From assembly GCF_006345805.1 (NCBI RefSeq), contig NW_021834178.1, positions 1 through 50,977 on the forward strand: a DNA stretch of 50,977 nt. The letters run 5' to 3'. A program made the position numbers and the translations under genes. Source of the stretch: Octopus sinensis. Its lineage: Eukaryota. Shown here piece after piece: positions 12,648-24,862 of this stretch. Every line of letters begins with the position of its first letter. Positions within the stretch are counted from its first letter, which is position 1. The notes below the pieces were generated by a model. It did not search any database and was not told the DNA's origin. It worked only from the letters and a program-made list of their open reading frames with translations.

Positions 12648-13014
12648 GGCGTAGAAGTAGCTGTGCGGTAATTAGCTTGCTCACGAACCACATTGATCCG
12701 GGTTCAGTCCCACTGCGTGGCACCATGGGCAAGTGTCTTCTACTATAGCCCCGGGCCAACCAAAAATCTTTTGAGTGGATTTGGTAGACGGAAACTGAAA
12801 GAAACCCGTCATATATATGCATATAGATATATTTATATATATAGATATATATGTGTGTGTGTTTGTGTGTGTGTGCCCTCCTACATCGCTTGACAACCTT
12901 AACGGATCGGCAAAAGAGACCGATAGAATATGTACTAGGCTTACAAAGAATAAGTCCTGGGGTCGATTTGCTAGACTAAAGCGATGCTCCAGTATGGCCA
13001 CAGTCACAAGTAAA
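12648..13014 (+). mobile_element. SINE family B
   Basis: Homologous to other B copies; shares private variants with 10177-10476. Confidence 0.92.
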
Positions 13015-13269
13015 TGAGTGTGTGTGGGTTTTGTTTGTGCGTGTATAAATGAGCCACAGTTTAAATATTGTACAATTTCAAAGTATTAAAAACGGGAATT
13101 GTAGAGTGATGTAAATAAATTTGCCTGCAATTTCGTTATCCACTAATTTTCGTTCTTTCTTTATCTGCATCTCAACTATCGTTAATGTTCTTATTATTAA
13201 CACAGAAGTAGAAGGCGATGAGGAAGAATAGTTTGTAAAAAAGGACCAGAAACTGCGTATCTTACTTAC

Positions 13270-13495
13270 CCCTTGGAGTAGCAATTCCGTATCCTTTGGA
13301 ATCCAGCAAACCACCAACTTGCATAAGTTGGCAGTTTCTTTGCACCTGGTAATCAATTGATGTTGATTCTCCAAGATAAGCGTAATTCTCTTTGAGTACT
13401 CGCTGTACTGCCTCCCGCGAAGAGGAGACGTACACAGACGGTGTCGTGGATTGCATAAAGTTTGCCATTTTTTTATATGTTGGGACATCAGAATC
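13270..13495 (-). CDS. GRIK2-like: Kainate-type iGluR: S2 ligand-binding lobe exon
   Basis: DSDVPTYKKMANFMQSTTPSVYVSSSREAVQRVLKENYAYLGESTSIDYQVQRNCQLMQVGGLLDSKGYGIATPR(G). Acceptor ttttccag, donor G|gtaagt; 226 nt, phase 0 to 1, in frame with both neighbours. Confidence 0.97.
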
Positions 13496-13685
13496 CTGGA
13501 AAAAATATATTTGAATAATATTCAATAAAACACTGCAGAATTCCAGGTAAATGATTAAAATGATATTCATGAAACAGTGGAAGATGTATGAACAAAGCGC
13601 AAACAAAATATATATGTACCTGTGCATGAGGGCGTGTGTGTACGTGTATTATCATTATTCATTCATATATGTGTGCGTGTGTGTA

Positions 13686-13985
13686 TCTCGTGATCAACCA
13701 GGCTATCAGATGTTGTTAAACATCGCTGGTCACAATGCGCTTCGCATTGGTTTAGACTTCAAATGACGCCACCTCGTTGGCTAAGCGAGCAGGCCAACAG
13801 CAGAAAGAGTGAGAGGAAGTTGTGGCTAAAGAGTACAGCAGGGATCGCCACCACCCCCCTGCTGGTGCCTCGTGGATCTTTGGGTGTTTTCACTCAATAA
13901 ACACTCACAACGCCTGGTCTGGGAATCGAAACCTCGACCCTACGACCGCGAGTCCGTTGTCCTAACGACTGGCCATTGCGCCCCC
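13686..13985 (-). mobile_element. SINE with family A head and a third type of 3' tail
   Basis: Reverse-complement head ...ccattgcgcccc at the right end, family A body, then ctgttggcctgctcgcttagcc...gcgcattgtgaccagcgatg tail. Confidence 0.85.
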
Positions 13986-13990
13986 ACGTA

Positions 13991-14047
<57 letters not shown>

Positions 14048-14051
14048 ATAT

Positions 14052-14089
<38 letters not shown>

Positions 14090-15224
14090 CACCCACCCAC
14101 AAACTTACTCATATGTGCACACATACAATATATACCACATCCACATTCACACATATTTGTATATATTGCATTTTTTGATAGATAGCGAACAGAACATATA
14201 TGGTTTAGCAGAAACAGTCACAGTTCTTGATGCGCCGGGTTATATTTGATAGAAAAGCAAAGATTTTTTTTTTTAAATGACCGCTCATGAATCTTTCTAG
14301 CCGATATATAACCGATGAAAGAAATTCACGATCTAGCCGAGTGTTTTTACGGTAGCCTCGGAAGAATTCAGTGCCGAGAGAGAAATTGTTTAGATGGAAA
14401 CTGTTTGGCTGGCCTAAAGTTCGATCACCCATGTAATTCAAAATGTCAATCTTTCAACCTATATAACTCTATTTCTCTCTGGAAATGTCATTAAGCGTTC
14501 ACTGGTGCATGAAAATAGAACTTGAATCATAATAAATCTTTCAATAGCTGATTATACAACTATCGACGGTGACCCCATGGGTGCGTTTCGGTAACACTCT
14601 TGATAGAGTATTGTGATCCTGGTCGTTGAGTTTCGAGCATTACTCAACCCCGCTGAGCATCGATGTAAGAGCACCGTTGGCTCATTTGAGCACTTCTGCT
14701 GCCTCTTCACAATCCGCGATGCAGTGGTCCCACGAGTTCTCCGAATCCCTTGTAGGATTACTAAATGGGTGCTATGCCTTGCCAAATGGCAACATGTAAC
14801 TATGCAGAGCACGGTCGTCATTCCGTGGTTTATTTTTAATATGTATCCGCATGGAAGCCTTTGTTCAGTATCATACATCAGCAAAGAACATAGGTTAACA
14901 TGCCATTACTAGAGATGTAAATACGAAATCATTTGAAGTTCTTTTGTGGGAACTTACAAAAGAAAGAGGGAGCAGATTTGTGACGACATAAACTGCAGTC
15001 CTTCTGACCTACCAAATATGATGTGCAGTAAAAGATGGCAACAGAGAGTCGAAGGGAATCCGTGCAAGTAGTGCCAACAGGTGGTGTGTTGAGTACTCAT
15101 GCCCTTCATATATCAATTCAACAGATCATTAATTTAACTAATTGAATGCTAATTGTCAAAATTGGTCATGGACTCATTGTCATTTGGGTACACACAAACC
15201 CAAATATCTATAAGCATATATATA

Positions 15225-15420
15225 TATATAAAGTTAATCCAAACAAGAAAACACAGCAACGCGAGGACGTGGAACAAATAAAGTATTATTGGACGCTCAG
15301 GAAAGAAGAAGGGGGGTTTAACGTTTCGAGCGGAGCTCTTCGTCGGAAACAAAGGAGAAGGAAAGATCCCGAGAAGGGAAGACAGAGGAAAAGAAATTGC
15401 TGGCGGTGCTCACGAGGTCA
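15225..15420 (-). mobile_element. Penelope-like terminal repeat fragment with hammerhead-like motif
   Basis: Pyrimidine-rich stretch, guuu-CCGACGA-A-GAG cuccg CUC-GAAA-CG-UU-aaac, then cctgagcg segment (also at 49636) and a TA tail. Confidence 0.55.
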
Positions 15421-15750
15421 CATATATTACGTTTATATATTTGTTTTGCAAGATTTTTGATGTGAAATCGTGTGTTGAAACAGATATTGTTGTATTTAGG
15501 AAGGGTCATTTTGCCAGTTTAGCCAATAAAAACACATGCACAATATATTTGGTGTTACTTTGCTTCAGCGTTATTTATTTTTTAAATTAATCTTAAACTG
15601 GCAAAATGACCATTCCTAAATACATCAATATATATATATATATATGTGCATGAAAACATAAACGTTGTAATAAAAGTACTATAAAACCGTTAATTAACAT
15701 TGATTTCAAATTTTAGCGCAAGACCATTAATTTCCGGAGAGTGTCAAGCC

Positions 15751-15900
15751 TATTACATCGACCCCAGTTCTCTGCTAATATTTATTTTACAGACCCTGAA
15801 AGGATAAAAGTAAAATTGACCTCAGTGGAATTTGAACTCAGAACGTGAACGCCGCTAAGCATTCTACCCGGTGTGTTAAAGGTGTAGCGACCTCACTGCC
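15751..15900 (-). mobile_element. Old SINE family D fragment
   Basis: gaaaggataaaag...gacctcagtggaatttgaactcagaacg matches the arrays at 44963-46378. Confidence 0.75.
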
Positions 15901-15930
15901 GAACCATTATTTAGTATTTTAACACTGTCT

Positions 15931-16350
15931 CTTACTCTGTTTTACTCTTTTACTTGTTTCAGTCATTTGACTGTGGCCATGCTGGAGCACCGCCTTTAGT
16001 CGAGCAAATCGACCCCGGGACTTATTCTTTGTAAGCCCAGTACTTATTCTATCGGTAACTTTTGCCGAACCGCTAAGTGACGGGGACGTAAACACACCAG
16101 CATCGGTTGTCAAGCAATGCTACGGGGACAAACACAGACACACAAACATATACACACACACATTATATATATATATATACATATATACGACAGGCTTCTT
16201 TCAGTTTCCGTCTACCAAATCCACTCACAAAGCATTGGTCGGCCCGGGGCTATAGCAGAAGACACTTGCCCAAGATGCCACGCAGTGGGACTGAACCCGG
16301 AACCATGTGGTTGGTTAGCAAGCTACTTACCACACAGCGACTCCTGTGCC
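15931..16350 (-). mobile_element. SINE family B, full length
   Basis: (TTTTAC)n tail at left, internal (CA)(TA) microsatellite, head ...cacacagcgactcctgtgcc at right. Confidence 0.93.
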
Positions 16351-17295
16351 TATATTTTTATTTAGAATATATTTTTATTTAGAACAAATAGGGACCCCAA
16401 AATAGAACGAGGTTTACGAATTTATTTTGGTTTGTAAATGAATCATTTATTGTCTCAATACGTCAAAATGAAATAAATAGCGTTCATGACGCCTAATTCG
16501 TCAATGGCTTTACAGAAATACACCCAATGTGTCTGCCTTCCACAAACATGCTTCAGGATTTTAGCAACGTAAAGGCTTCCGTTTAGATCTTTGCATTAAG
16601 AGCCTTCCCTCCAATACAGACCCCGGCTTATCCACGGTCAGTAGTTATATACTCATAGAAGTGACAAGGATGATAACACGTCCTATGTTTTCAGCTAATT
16701 ATTTTTGATTATAATATAAAATTGTCCTTGTATCTTTCCTTTGCTACGACTCTAAACTGAGTGCATCACTAATTATTATTTACCGTATTGTGCAAAGAAC
16801 TATATGCCCACTTGTGAAACACACGTGTCTCCATGCTAAGTCACCAAATATATATTTCACTACTAGGAATATATGCGCGTATTTTCATCTCACAAAAATC
16901 GCGAAAAACGGAGACCGTGGAAACAAACAAATATTTTAACAATGTTAAATCTTAGAAATTGTATAAGTAGAATTAAGTGAATAATCAAATGGTAATATTC
17001 TAGAAAAGATTATAACGGCTCACTATATCATTAAGAAGATAAGAAATAAAAGACCTTGTGTTGCATACTGTTCATACAAATGTATTTATATGTATTTAGT
17101 GATAAAATAAACGACGTGGAGACAGTCTCAAAGAAAATGAAACTGTTAAATGCTAGTTTTTGTGTATAGCCTAACTAGATAAAAAAGACAAAAGTCATTA
17201 TATTCGTATACGATGATGACAACAAAAAGGATGGAAAAATGATAAGAAATGTCTTTCATCCGCACTTTCCCTCTGTAGTATGCATATATATATAT

Positions 17296-17330
<35 letters not shown>

Positions 17331-17389
17331 TCATTTTCTCTCTTCCTTTCCTTGTCTGTCACACACACAAACACGTGCGGATATATGTC

Positions 17390-17445
<56 letters not shown>

Positions 17446-17665
17446 GTAAATATGTGTTTGTTTCGGAGTGCGAGTGGTATTTTTCACTTCAATTAGAAAA
17501 TGAGAGGATATAGATAGTGATTTCATGTGTATTGTAGAATGATATCTTTGAATTAGTTGAGAAGACTTGTTGCCAATTCCTTTAGAACTCCAACACCTAT
17601 ACGCGCATACACACACACGCACCATCGAGCGCAAGAACGCACGCACGCACACAAAAAATAACGCC

Positions 17666-17719
<54 letters not shown>

Positions 17720-17806
17720 CAAAATGGGACAAGAACGCAAAACATTCAAATAGAAGATACAAAAAATACGGACGGGGTCATTCGAAGCCTCTAATCGCTA
17801 TGTTCT

Positions 17807-17966
17807 GGGCAGGAGTGGCTGTGTGGTAAGTAGCTTGCTTACGAAGCACATGGTTCCGGTTTCATTCCCACTGCGTAGCACCTTGGGCAAGTGTCTTCTA
17901 CTATATCCTGGGCCGACCAAAGCCTTGTGAGTAGATTTGGTAGACGGAAACTGAAAGAAGCCCATC

Positions 17967-18016
<50 letters not shown>

Positions 18017-18212
18017 TTTCTCCCAACATCGCTTGACACCCGATGGTGGTGCGTTTACGTCTCCGTAACTTAGCGGTTCGGCAAAAGAGACCGATAGAAT
18101 AAGTACTAGGCTTCCAAATATTAAGTCCTGGAGGTCGATTTGCTCGACTAAAGGCAGTGCTCCAGCATGGGCGCAGTCAAATGACTTAGACAAGTAAAAG
18201 AGAGTAAAAGAG
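17807..18212 (+). mobile_element. SINE family B, full length
   Basis: Head ggcaggagtggctgtgtgg through gtaaaagag tail. Confidence 0.93.
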
Positions 18213-18333
18213 AACCTGCGAAAATAAACCACTATTATCCCTGAAAGGAGTTATTATTCTTTTCATATTCTCTGCGGACTGCTTCAGCTCACTGACTTGA
18301 TCCTCGGATCGTATCTTTACATATCTATATCTA

Positions 18334-18716
18334 GGAGGCGCAATGGCCCAGTGGTTGGGGCAGCGGACTCGCGGTCATAGGATCGCAGTTTCGATTCCTA
18401 GGCCAGACGTTGTGAGTGTTTATTGAGCGAAAACACCTAAAAGCTCCACGAGGCTCCAGCAGGGGTGGTGATCCCTGCTGTACTCTTTCACCACAACTGT
18501 CTCTCACTCTTACTTCCTGTTTCTGTTGTACCTGTATTTCAAGGAGCCGGCCTTGTCACTCCCTGTGTCACGCTGAATATCCCCGAGAACTACGTTAACG
18601 GTGCACGTGTGTGTGGAGTGCTCAGCCACTTACACGTTAATTTCACGAGCAGGCTGTTCCGTTGATTCGGATCAACCGGAACCCTCATCGTCGTAACCGA
18701 CGGAGTTCTTCCATCC
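18334..18716 (+). mobile_element. SINE family A, full length
   Basis: A box, GTTTCGATTCC B box, body, and tail gtaaccgacggagttcttccatcca. Confidence 0.93.
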
Positions 18717-18735
18717 ATCTATATCTACTATCTAT

Positions 18736-19178
18736 CTATCCGCTCAGTCGAAGTCGTCTCTCGGTTACTCGTTGGATCAGTGTCCTCCAGTCAGTGCTAT
18801 CCTGGGCCGCTTCCTTCAGATTGGCTATGTCCATTCCGGTATCACTCTTGATGGTGTCAAGCCAGTGGGTTCTTGGTCGGCCTCTTCCTCTCTTGCCACG
18901 GACCATTCCGAGCATGATGTCTTTCTCCAGGGATTTTCTCCGCATAATATGACCGAAATATTCCAATCTATGCTTGGTGATCCTAGCTTCTAGCGACATT
19001 TTTGGCTTGATTTGCTTAAGAACTTCTCCATTGGTGAGCCTCGCTGTCCATAGAATCCGTAAAAGTCTTCTCCAACACCAATGCTCGAATGCATTAATTC
19101 TCTTCTGGTCAGCTTTCTTTTTGTGTCCAGGTCTCGCATTCATATGTTGCTATTGGGAAGACAATTGCATTCACTAAA
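18736..19178 (-). mobile_element. RTE/BovB-like LINE 3' fragment
   Basis: LVNAIVFPIATYECETWT (frameshift) KKADQKRINAFEHWCWRRLLRILWTAR...YFGHIMRRKSLEKDIMLGMVRGKRGRGRPRTHWLD...RLRLSG*, with a (GATA)n tail. Confidence 0.92.
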
Positions 19179-21193
19179 TATATAGAGAGAAAGGGGAAGA
19201 GGAAGAGAGAGCTACGCCCACACACAAACACACACGTACATATTAAATGTGTGCTTTTGAGCGTGGATTCGCGTCACTATATGCATGCATGTAGCCTTGG
19301 TATTTAGTATCATACATTTTGTCTACTACGATTCAAGCACAACGCTTTCTTAGAAGTTTCCTCTATAAGCGTAACATACGCTGTCTCTTTAATGATGTTA
19401 CATCGTTTCTTTCCTTACTATTATGACTCTCAAATCATGAAAATATTTCATACATTGATTTGTCTGCCTTGTAAAGTTATTTCAAAGAACAATAAGGACA
19501 GCTAAACTGGCGAAGTACATGGATCCATTCCAAATATTTTTGTGTATTTTATTTATTTTTCTTTTTTTTTTCGGTATTTCTTTTTTTATCATATTTGGAT
19601 ATTCTACATTATTTCTTTGCCTAAGAAAAAATACCGACGAATCATTTTATTTTTAGAAAAATTATTTAAAAAATGCCGAGGCATTCAAGTTTTTCGAGGA
19701 ATAAAATGACATTTACTTCCAGTTGCTTTTGTATGGATAAGTGTTTAGACATATAAGAAGGTTTTCCATCATAAGGAAAACGGAAAATTAAAGAATATTC
19801 AACATTATATTTTCTTAATATAATGCTATTCTTGTCTTCATCTAGCAGCGTTGATAATATTTTCTTATAAATATATTTTTTGGACAAAAAAATTATTATC
19901 TTCTTGGGAATTACTAACAATCATGTTTTGTATATATGTATTCTTATTCGGCTATTGCCTTATAGATTTCTTTTTTATTTAATATAGCTCATTTTTTATT
20001 ATATTTCGTATGTTTTCAGGAAAAAGTTATTTTGTACAGTACAGACATATATTAGCTCCCAATATACAAATATAGATTTTTCTTCCGTCAAATAGCACGG
20101 ATAAAAGATACACATACTTACATACATACGTTCAAACACGCACACATATTCGCACAAAAACATACACAAATATATACATATATTTACACACGCACACACA
20201 TATTTCTTGTTCATAAATCGTTTTACACTAAAAACAAAACATGCATAGCTTCATTGGGACTTATTTTTTTCTTTTTTAATATTTCCTTTCTTTAAATATG
20301 TAACATCATAGGATTGAATTATAAAAGTCTCTCTCTTTATATCTCTCTCCCCTCTATCTATCTATCTATCTGTTTATCGATCGATCGATCTAAGTATATA
20401 TCTATATACATATATATTTATGTGTGCGTATATATATATATTATTTATGTTATTATATGATCGAACGCCACGCATCATTTTCCAAGTTTTATCTTAATAA
20501 TTACGATGCGCGCTCTTCTATCTTTACTATCTCTTCTCTGTTTATCTTTCCCCCCCCCCTCTTGTTCTTCATTCTTTCTGCTTTCCTCCCCCACCCTTCC
20601 CTATTCTTCTCCTCTCCACTTCACCACTCCCTCTCTCTCACTCCTTCTCCTCGACTCTCCCGTCATTGACATGTGACGAGAGGGAATCTATCTTTTGACT
20701 ACTACCTTCGTAAACACTAAACGTGCTTATACTGTCACTTCATAAGCTCGTCTTCCTAAATATTCAGAATAATTTTCCCATCGTCTTGGCTTAACAACCC
20801 TCACCATTTGTTTTTACTGTTTTGTTCTCATTGTTCTGTTTTTTACTGTTTTTATTTTTTTATTGTTTTTACTTTTTTTGCTCTCACTGTCCTGTTCTTG
20901 TTACCACTTTCATCCTCCGCAAAAAATTCCCAAATTTTATTTAATTTTATTTGCGGGAAGGATTGTTTCAAGAAGTTGCGTCTTGTCCTTGCCCTCTACT
21001 CGTGGAATACTTGAAACAGGGACAACTGAAGAAAAGAAATATTCTTTATGTTGTATGTCTTGTTTCTCTGTTTGTTTTTTTCGTTGTTCGAAAAAGTTCG
21101 TTTCTATGTTTTTGTTTTTATATTTTCGTTTCTCATTTTGTTCAACGTTTTTTCGTTTTTTTTTATGTCCTGCACCCATATATGCATGTATAT

Positions 21194-21244
<51 letters not shown>

Positions 21245-21269
21245 GATATATGTATGATAGATCGTTAGT

Positions 21270-21350
21270 CACTACACACAGTTTTTTCTCTCCTAATTTT
21301 CTGTGTCCCTTTCTGTAGAAGAGCGTAGATTCGAAACGTAAAAGATGGCT
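21270..21350 (+). mobile_element. Penelope-like terminus with hammerhead-like motif
   Basis: cttt-ctgtaga-a-gag cgtaga ttc-gaaa-cg-ta-aaag, homologous to 49581-49618. Confidence 0.5.
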
Positions 21351-21599
21351 CGACGATAACTTTGGATTATGAGACTGACGCGCTGCTTACTGCACTACCG
21401 AGGCCTATGTTACCATCTCCGAAATTGCTGCTCTGGTGTCAAAATTTAAAACCCATTTTATATTCATGATGGTCTACTACATCTTAAGATATATCATACA
21501 TTTATTTTATACATATTTACAGGCATAGATAAATAGATATTCTGAGAGAGTGCGCTAAACCAAGGTGGTAATAAAATGTATAAAATGTAAGAATGTTAC

Positions 21600-21817
21600 C
21601 TCGAAGAACTGTTTAGATGATCCCCCTTCCAATGTCCCGTAGTGTACATCCGTCTGTTTGGCAAGATCTTCGACGCTCTCAATCGTGGTATCCAACCGGT
21701 CAATGGTTAAGAAGGCGGCTAAATTCGCCGTATAAGAGGATATCATTATTAGAGTGAAGAACCACCAAATTCCGCTGACAATCCGGGTTGAAACAGCTCG
21801 GGGAGCAACTTCAGATC
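21600..21817 (-). CDS. GRIK2-like: Ionotropic glutamate receptor, kainate-type: exon encoding post-M2 linker, M3 gate and start of S2
   Basis: Translates (G)[72 protein letters not shown], including the iGlu[10 protein letters not shown] gate motif. Acceptor ttttcgtccag, donor GAG|gtaaca; 218 nt, phase 1 to 0. The symbol indicates family resemblance, not proven orthology. Confidence 0.97.
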
Positions 21818-22820
21818 CTGGACGAAAAAAAAATATGTGATACGAAAAATCAGTAAGGGCACAAGATAATGCATAAACACAAAACATATCAATATTTATA
21901 TAATATAATGATTTCTTTATATTTAATGTAATGAGCAATATATGTTGCGTTTAAAATGGTGTCTCGCTTTTATATATTAAGAGAATATTAAATATTTAAG
22001 AAAAAAAATTAACTTGTTAAGAAATATTTTATTAATAAATATTTTTATGAGTTCCCATTATGTCTATTATAACATGCGAAAACGAATATATATATATATA
22101 TATGTTCTAGTTATGTTTTAAAATATTTTTTTTAATTTATGATTTGGTTTATGTCTATCATTGTTTGAATTGCATAATACTGGTTTTTCTCTAATTTATA
22201 TATATCATATATATATATATTTAAATATATATCATATATATATATATATTTAAATATATATCATATATATATATACACAGAGGTACATATATTATCTTTC
22301 TTTGTGAATCTAAATACTTCTGCGTATGTGATTTATCATTATCTTCTATTCACACTTCTAATATAATTCATATGTATCTGTGTGTTTCTGTGTGTGTGTT
22401 CTTAACTAATGCTCGTTTTGCCTACATTTACAACATAACGGCAATATTGCATATAATACACATTTGTTAAATTATGTCCACTTTCTATGGCTGCTACAAG
22501 CACTGAAGAATGATTTAAATCGATCCGTTCACAGATGTACATATATACATACATATATATATTTATATGTGTATATATATATATATATATATGTTGCTTA
22601 TTTTGATTATAATCACCTCATTTAGAATTATATGGATAATACCATACTAAATTCTGGTGCCTTTAACTTAAGTACCATATTCATCTGAATCTAAATTTTC
22701 ATGAACTTATATATATACATGCATAGTGGATGTATGAGTAGTCCTGTGCATACTACAGTAAACAAATTTTAAACCATTTCGATATATTAAGTGTATATCA
22801 TTGTATGTAGGTATATATAT

Positions 22821-22884
<64 letters not shown>

Positions 22885-23416
22885 TATATAGTATTTCTCA
22901 ACTGCATTGCAGCTCAGTCACCGACTTTTTATTTTCATCAATATTATTAATCAGTGAGAGAGCAGTACACGCCAATCAAAGTGATGGTCGATACAAAAAT
23001 ATCCGATGCCCAAGTAATCCATCATGAGTATATACATGTCTGATTATGGTACACCAATCACATGCACCAAAACTATTAAAACAATTAGCTCATCCCCGAG
23101 TAGGATTTTCTCCAGATCGAATAGACCAGTGCGACCAAGATGTCCCTGTGTAAGGGCTACTGAAGGATAATGAACGAAACACCCATGTTTCTAGAGGTGA
23201 ATTATCCAAAGCCCAAACAACTACTCTCATTGCATGGCTATGATGTTCCCCACCACAACTTCTGCTCTTGATCAGAGATACTCTTATCGTCAGCCATATC
23301 GTCATACTAAATTGGTTATGGTCAAACAACTGACATGCTAATCTGTGGTATCCAGCAGAATATCTGCTGTATTATTATTGATATTATTACCGGTATTATT
23401 ATTATTATTATCGCAG

Positions 23417-23600
23417 TGATCGACTTAGCCTACACCCTCCCACGAATTCCAGGCCTTGTGTTAATAGCAGAAAGAAGTGTCGATTTTGCCTTTCATCGAT
23501 TCCGGATCGACGAGATATGTACCAGTTAAGTACAGGGGCCAATGAAATCAACATAGTCTCTTCTCGCAAATTCCAGGCCTTGTCTTTACAGTAGAAATAA
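23417..23600 (+). mobile_element. Family D-related SINE bodies in tandem, followed by an (ATT)n/(ATC)n tract to about 23850
   Basis: Two aattccaggccttgt...gaa ends separated by gtcgattttgcctttcatc...gtaccagtt. Confidence 0.6.
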
Positions 23601-24804
23601 TAACGATAATAATAATAATTATTATTATTATTATTATTACTACGACTATTACTACTATTATATTTATTACTATTATTATTATTATTATTACTATTACTAC
23701 TATTATATTTATTATTATTATTACTATTACTACTATTATATTTATTATTATTATTATCATTATTATCATCATTATCATCATCTTCAGTCTCATCATCATC
23801 ATCATCTCTATTTTTAACATTTCTACTACTATGTTGTGTAGTTATTATTATGTTATATTTCAATACATTTCATCAAGAACTTCATGTTCATCATCATTAA
23901 AATTAACAAATTACCCCCTTTTTTTGTTTTACACTTTTCTTTTATTCCTTTTTTTTGTTGTTGTTGTATATATTCATCTAATTTTCGTTCATGAAAGGTA
24001 ATTACTTTAGAAAATGTAAAAAGAAATTTGCCGAATATTATTATAGTCATAGTGTCATATTAAATATTTTTCCGCATGAAATTCTGCAATTTCACTTTAG
24101 TCAATTCTCTTGACCAATTTAGAATATTATTGCCGAAATAAATTACCGAAGGAAAAAGAAAAGGGAAAAAACTTTTCACGAACGACAACGTTAACATAAA
24201 AATTACATTGCATGATGCGTTGCAACAAGTTTTATTATCTTTCAACACACAACTCAGTATTATTATTATTATTATTATTATCATTGTTGTTCTTATTACT
24301 ACTATTACAACAATTTACGACGACTAACACTACAAAAAAACAACTACATTTTCAGTACTTTTTCTCTTTTTTTTTTCTGTTCATCATTTAATATTACTTT
24401 TTTTTTTTGTAGTAATTTAAAATATTTTTCTTATATTTTTTTTCTTTCTTTTTATTTTTGGATTTTTTTTTTTGTACCATATATACGTACGTTTTGGAGG
24501 GGGAATATATTTTCAAGTAAGAAGAGGGATGGCATCACTGAACGACACATTACAGATTTCTTCATCCATTTTATAGCTTAGAAACCTGGGGCTTGGAATG
24601 GAATTTCGAAGCATATGCAATCACAGTTTGCATGAGTTACGCTTGGAAATTTGATGTTTTCTTGCACGTGAGTATATAGTGCCAAACATATTGTATCTAG
24701 CATATCACAATTTCAGAATCATATTCTTCTTCTTTACAATAATATTTTGTTTCTCTTTCTCTCTCTTTCTTTTCGCCTGGACATATATATACATATATAC
24801 ATAT

Positions 24805-24862
<58 letters not shown>

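Noticed and set aside
14560-14900. GC-richer segment with overlapping ORFs; one frame faintly recalls Helitron (SWDHCIADCEEAA)
   Set aside because: Multiple stops and similarity too weak to call without a search.
18334-18410. tRNA-like A and B boxes at many sites
   Set aside because: All are SINE heads continuing into SINE bodies; no complete cloverleaf with terminator, so no tRNA gene is called.
19430-19920. Minus-strand FRFPYDGK and FSCPYC words reminiscent of a Penelope RT/GIY-YIG linker
   Set aside because: Too degraded and AT-rich to distinguish from chance.
21015-21068. acaa-CTGAAGA-aaag...cttt-atgttgtatg-TC-ttgt, with possible helices I and II
   Set aside because: The essential GAAA is absent; at most a dead relic.
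24577-24667. Plus-strand 91-nt segment with good acceptor and gtgagt donor, one open frame
   Set aside because: Antisense to the gene, no homology and no partner exons; such sites are expected by chance.
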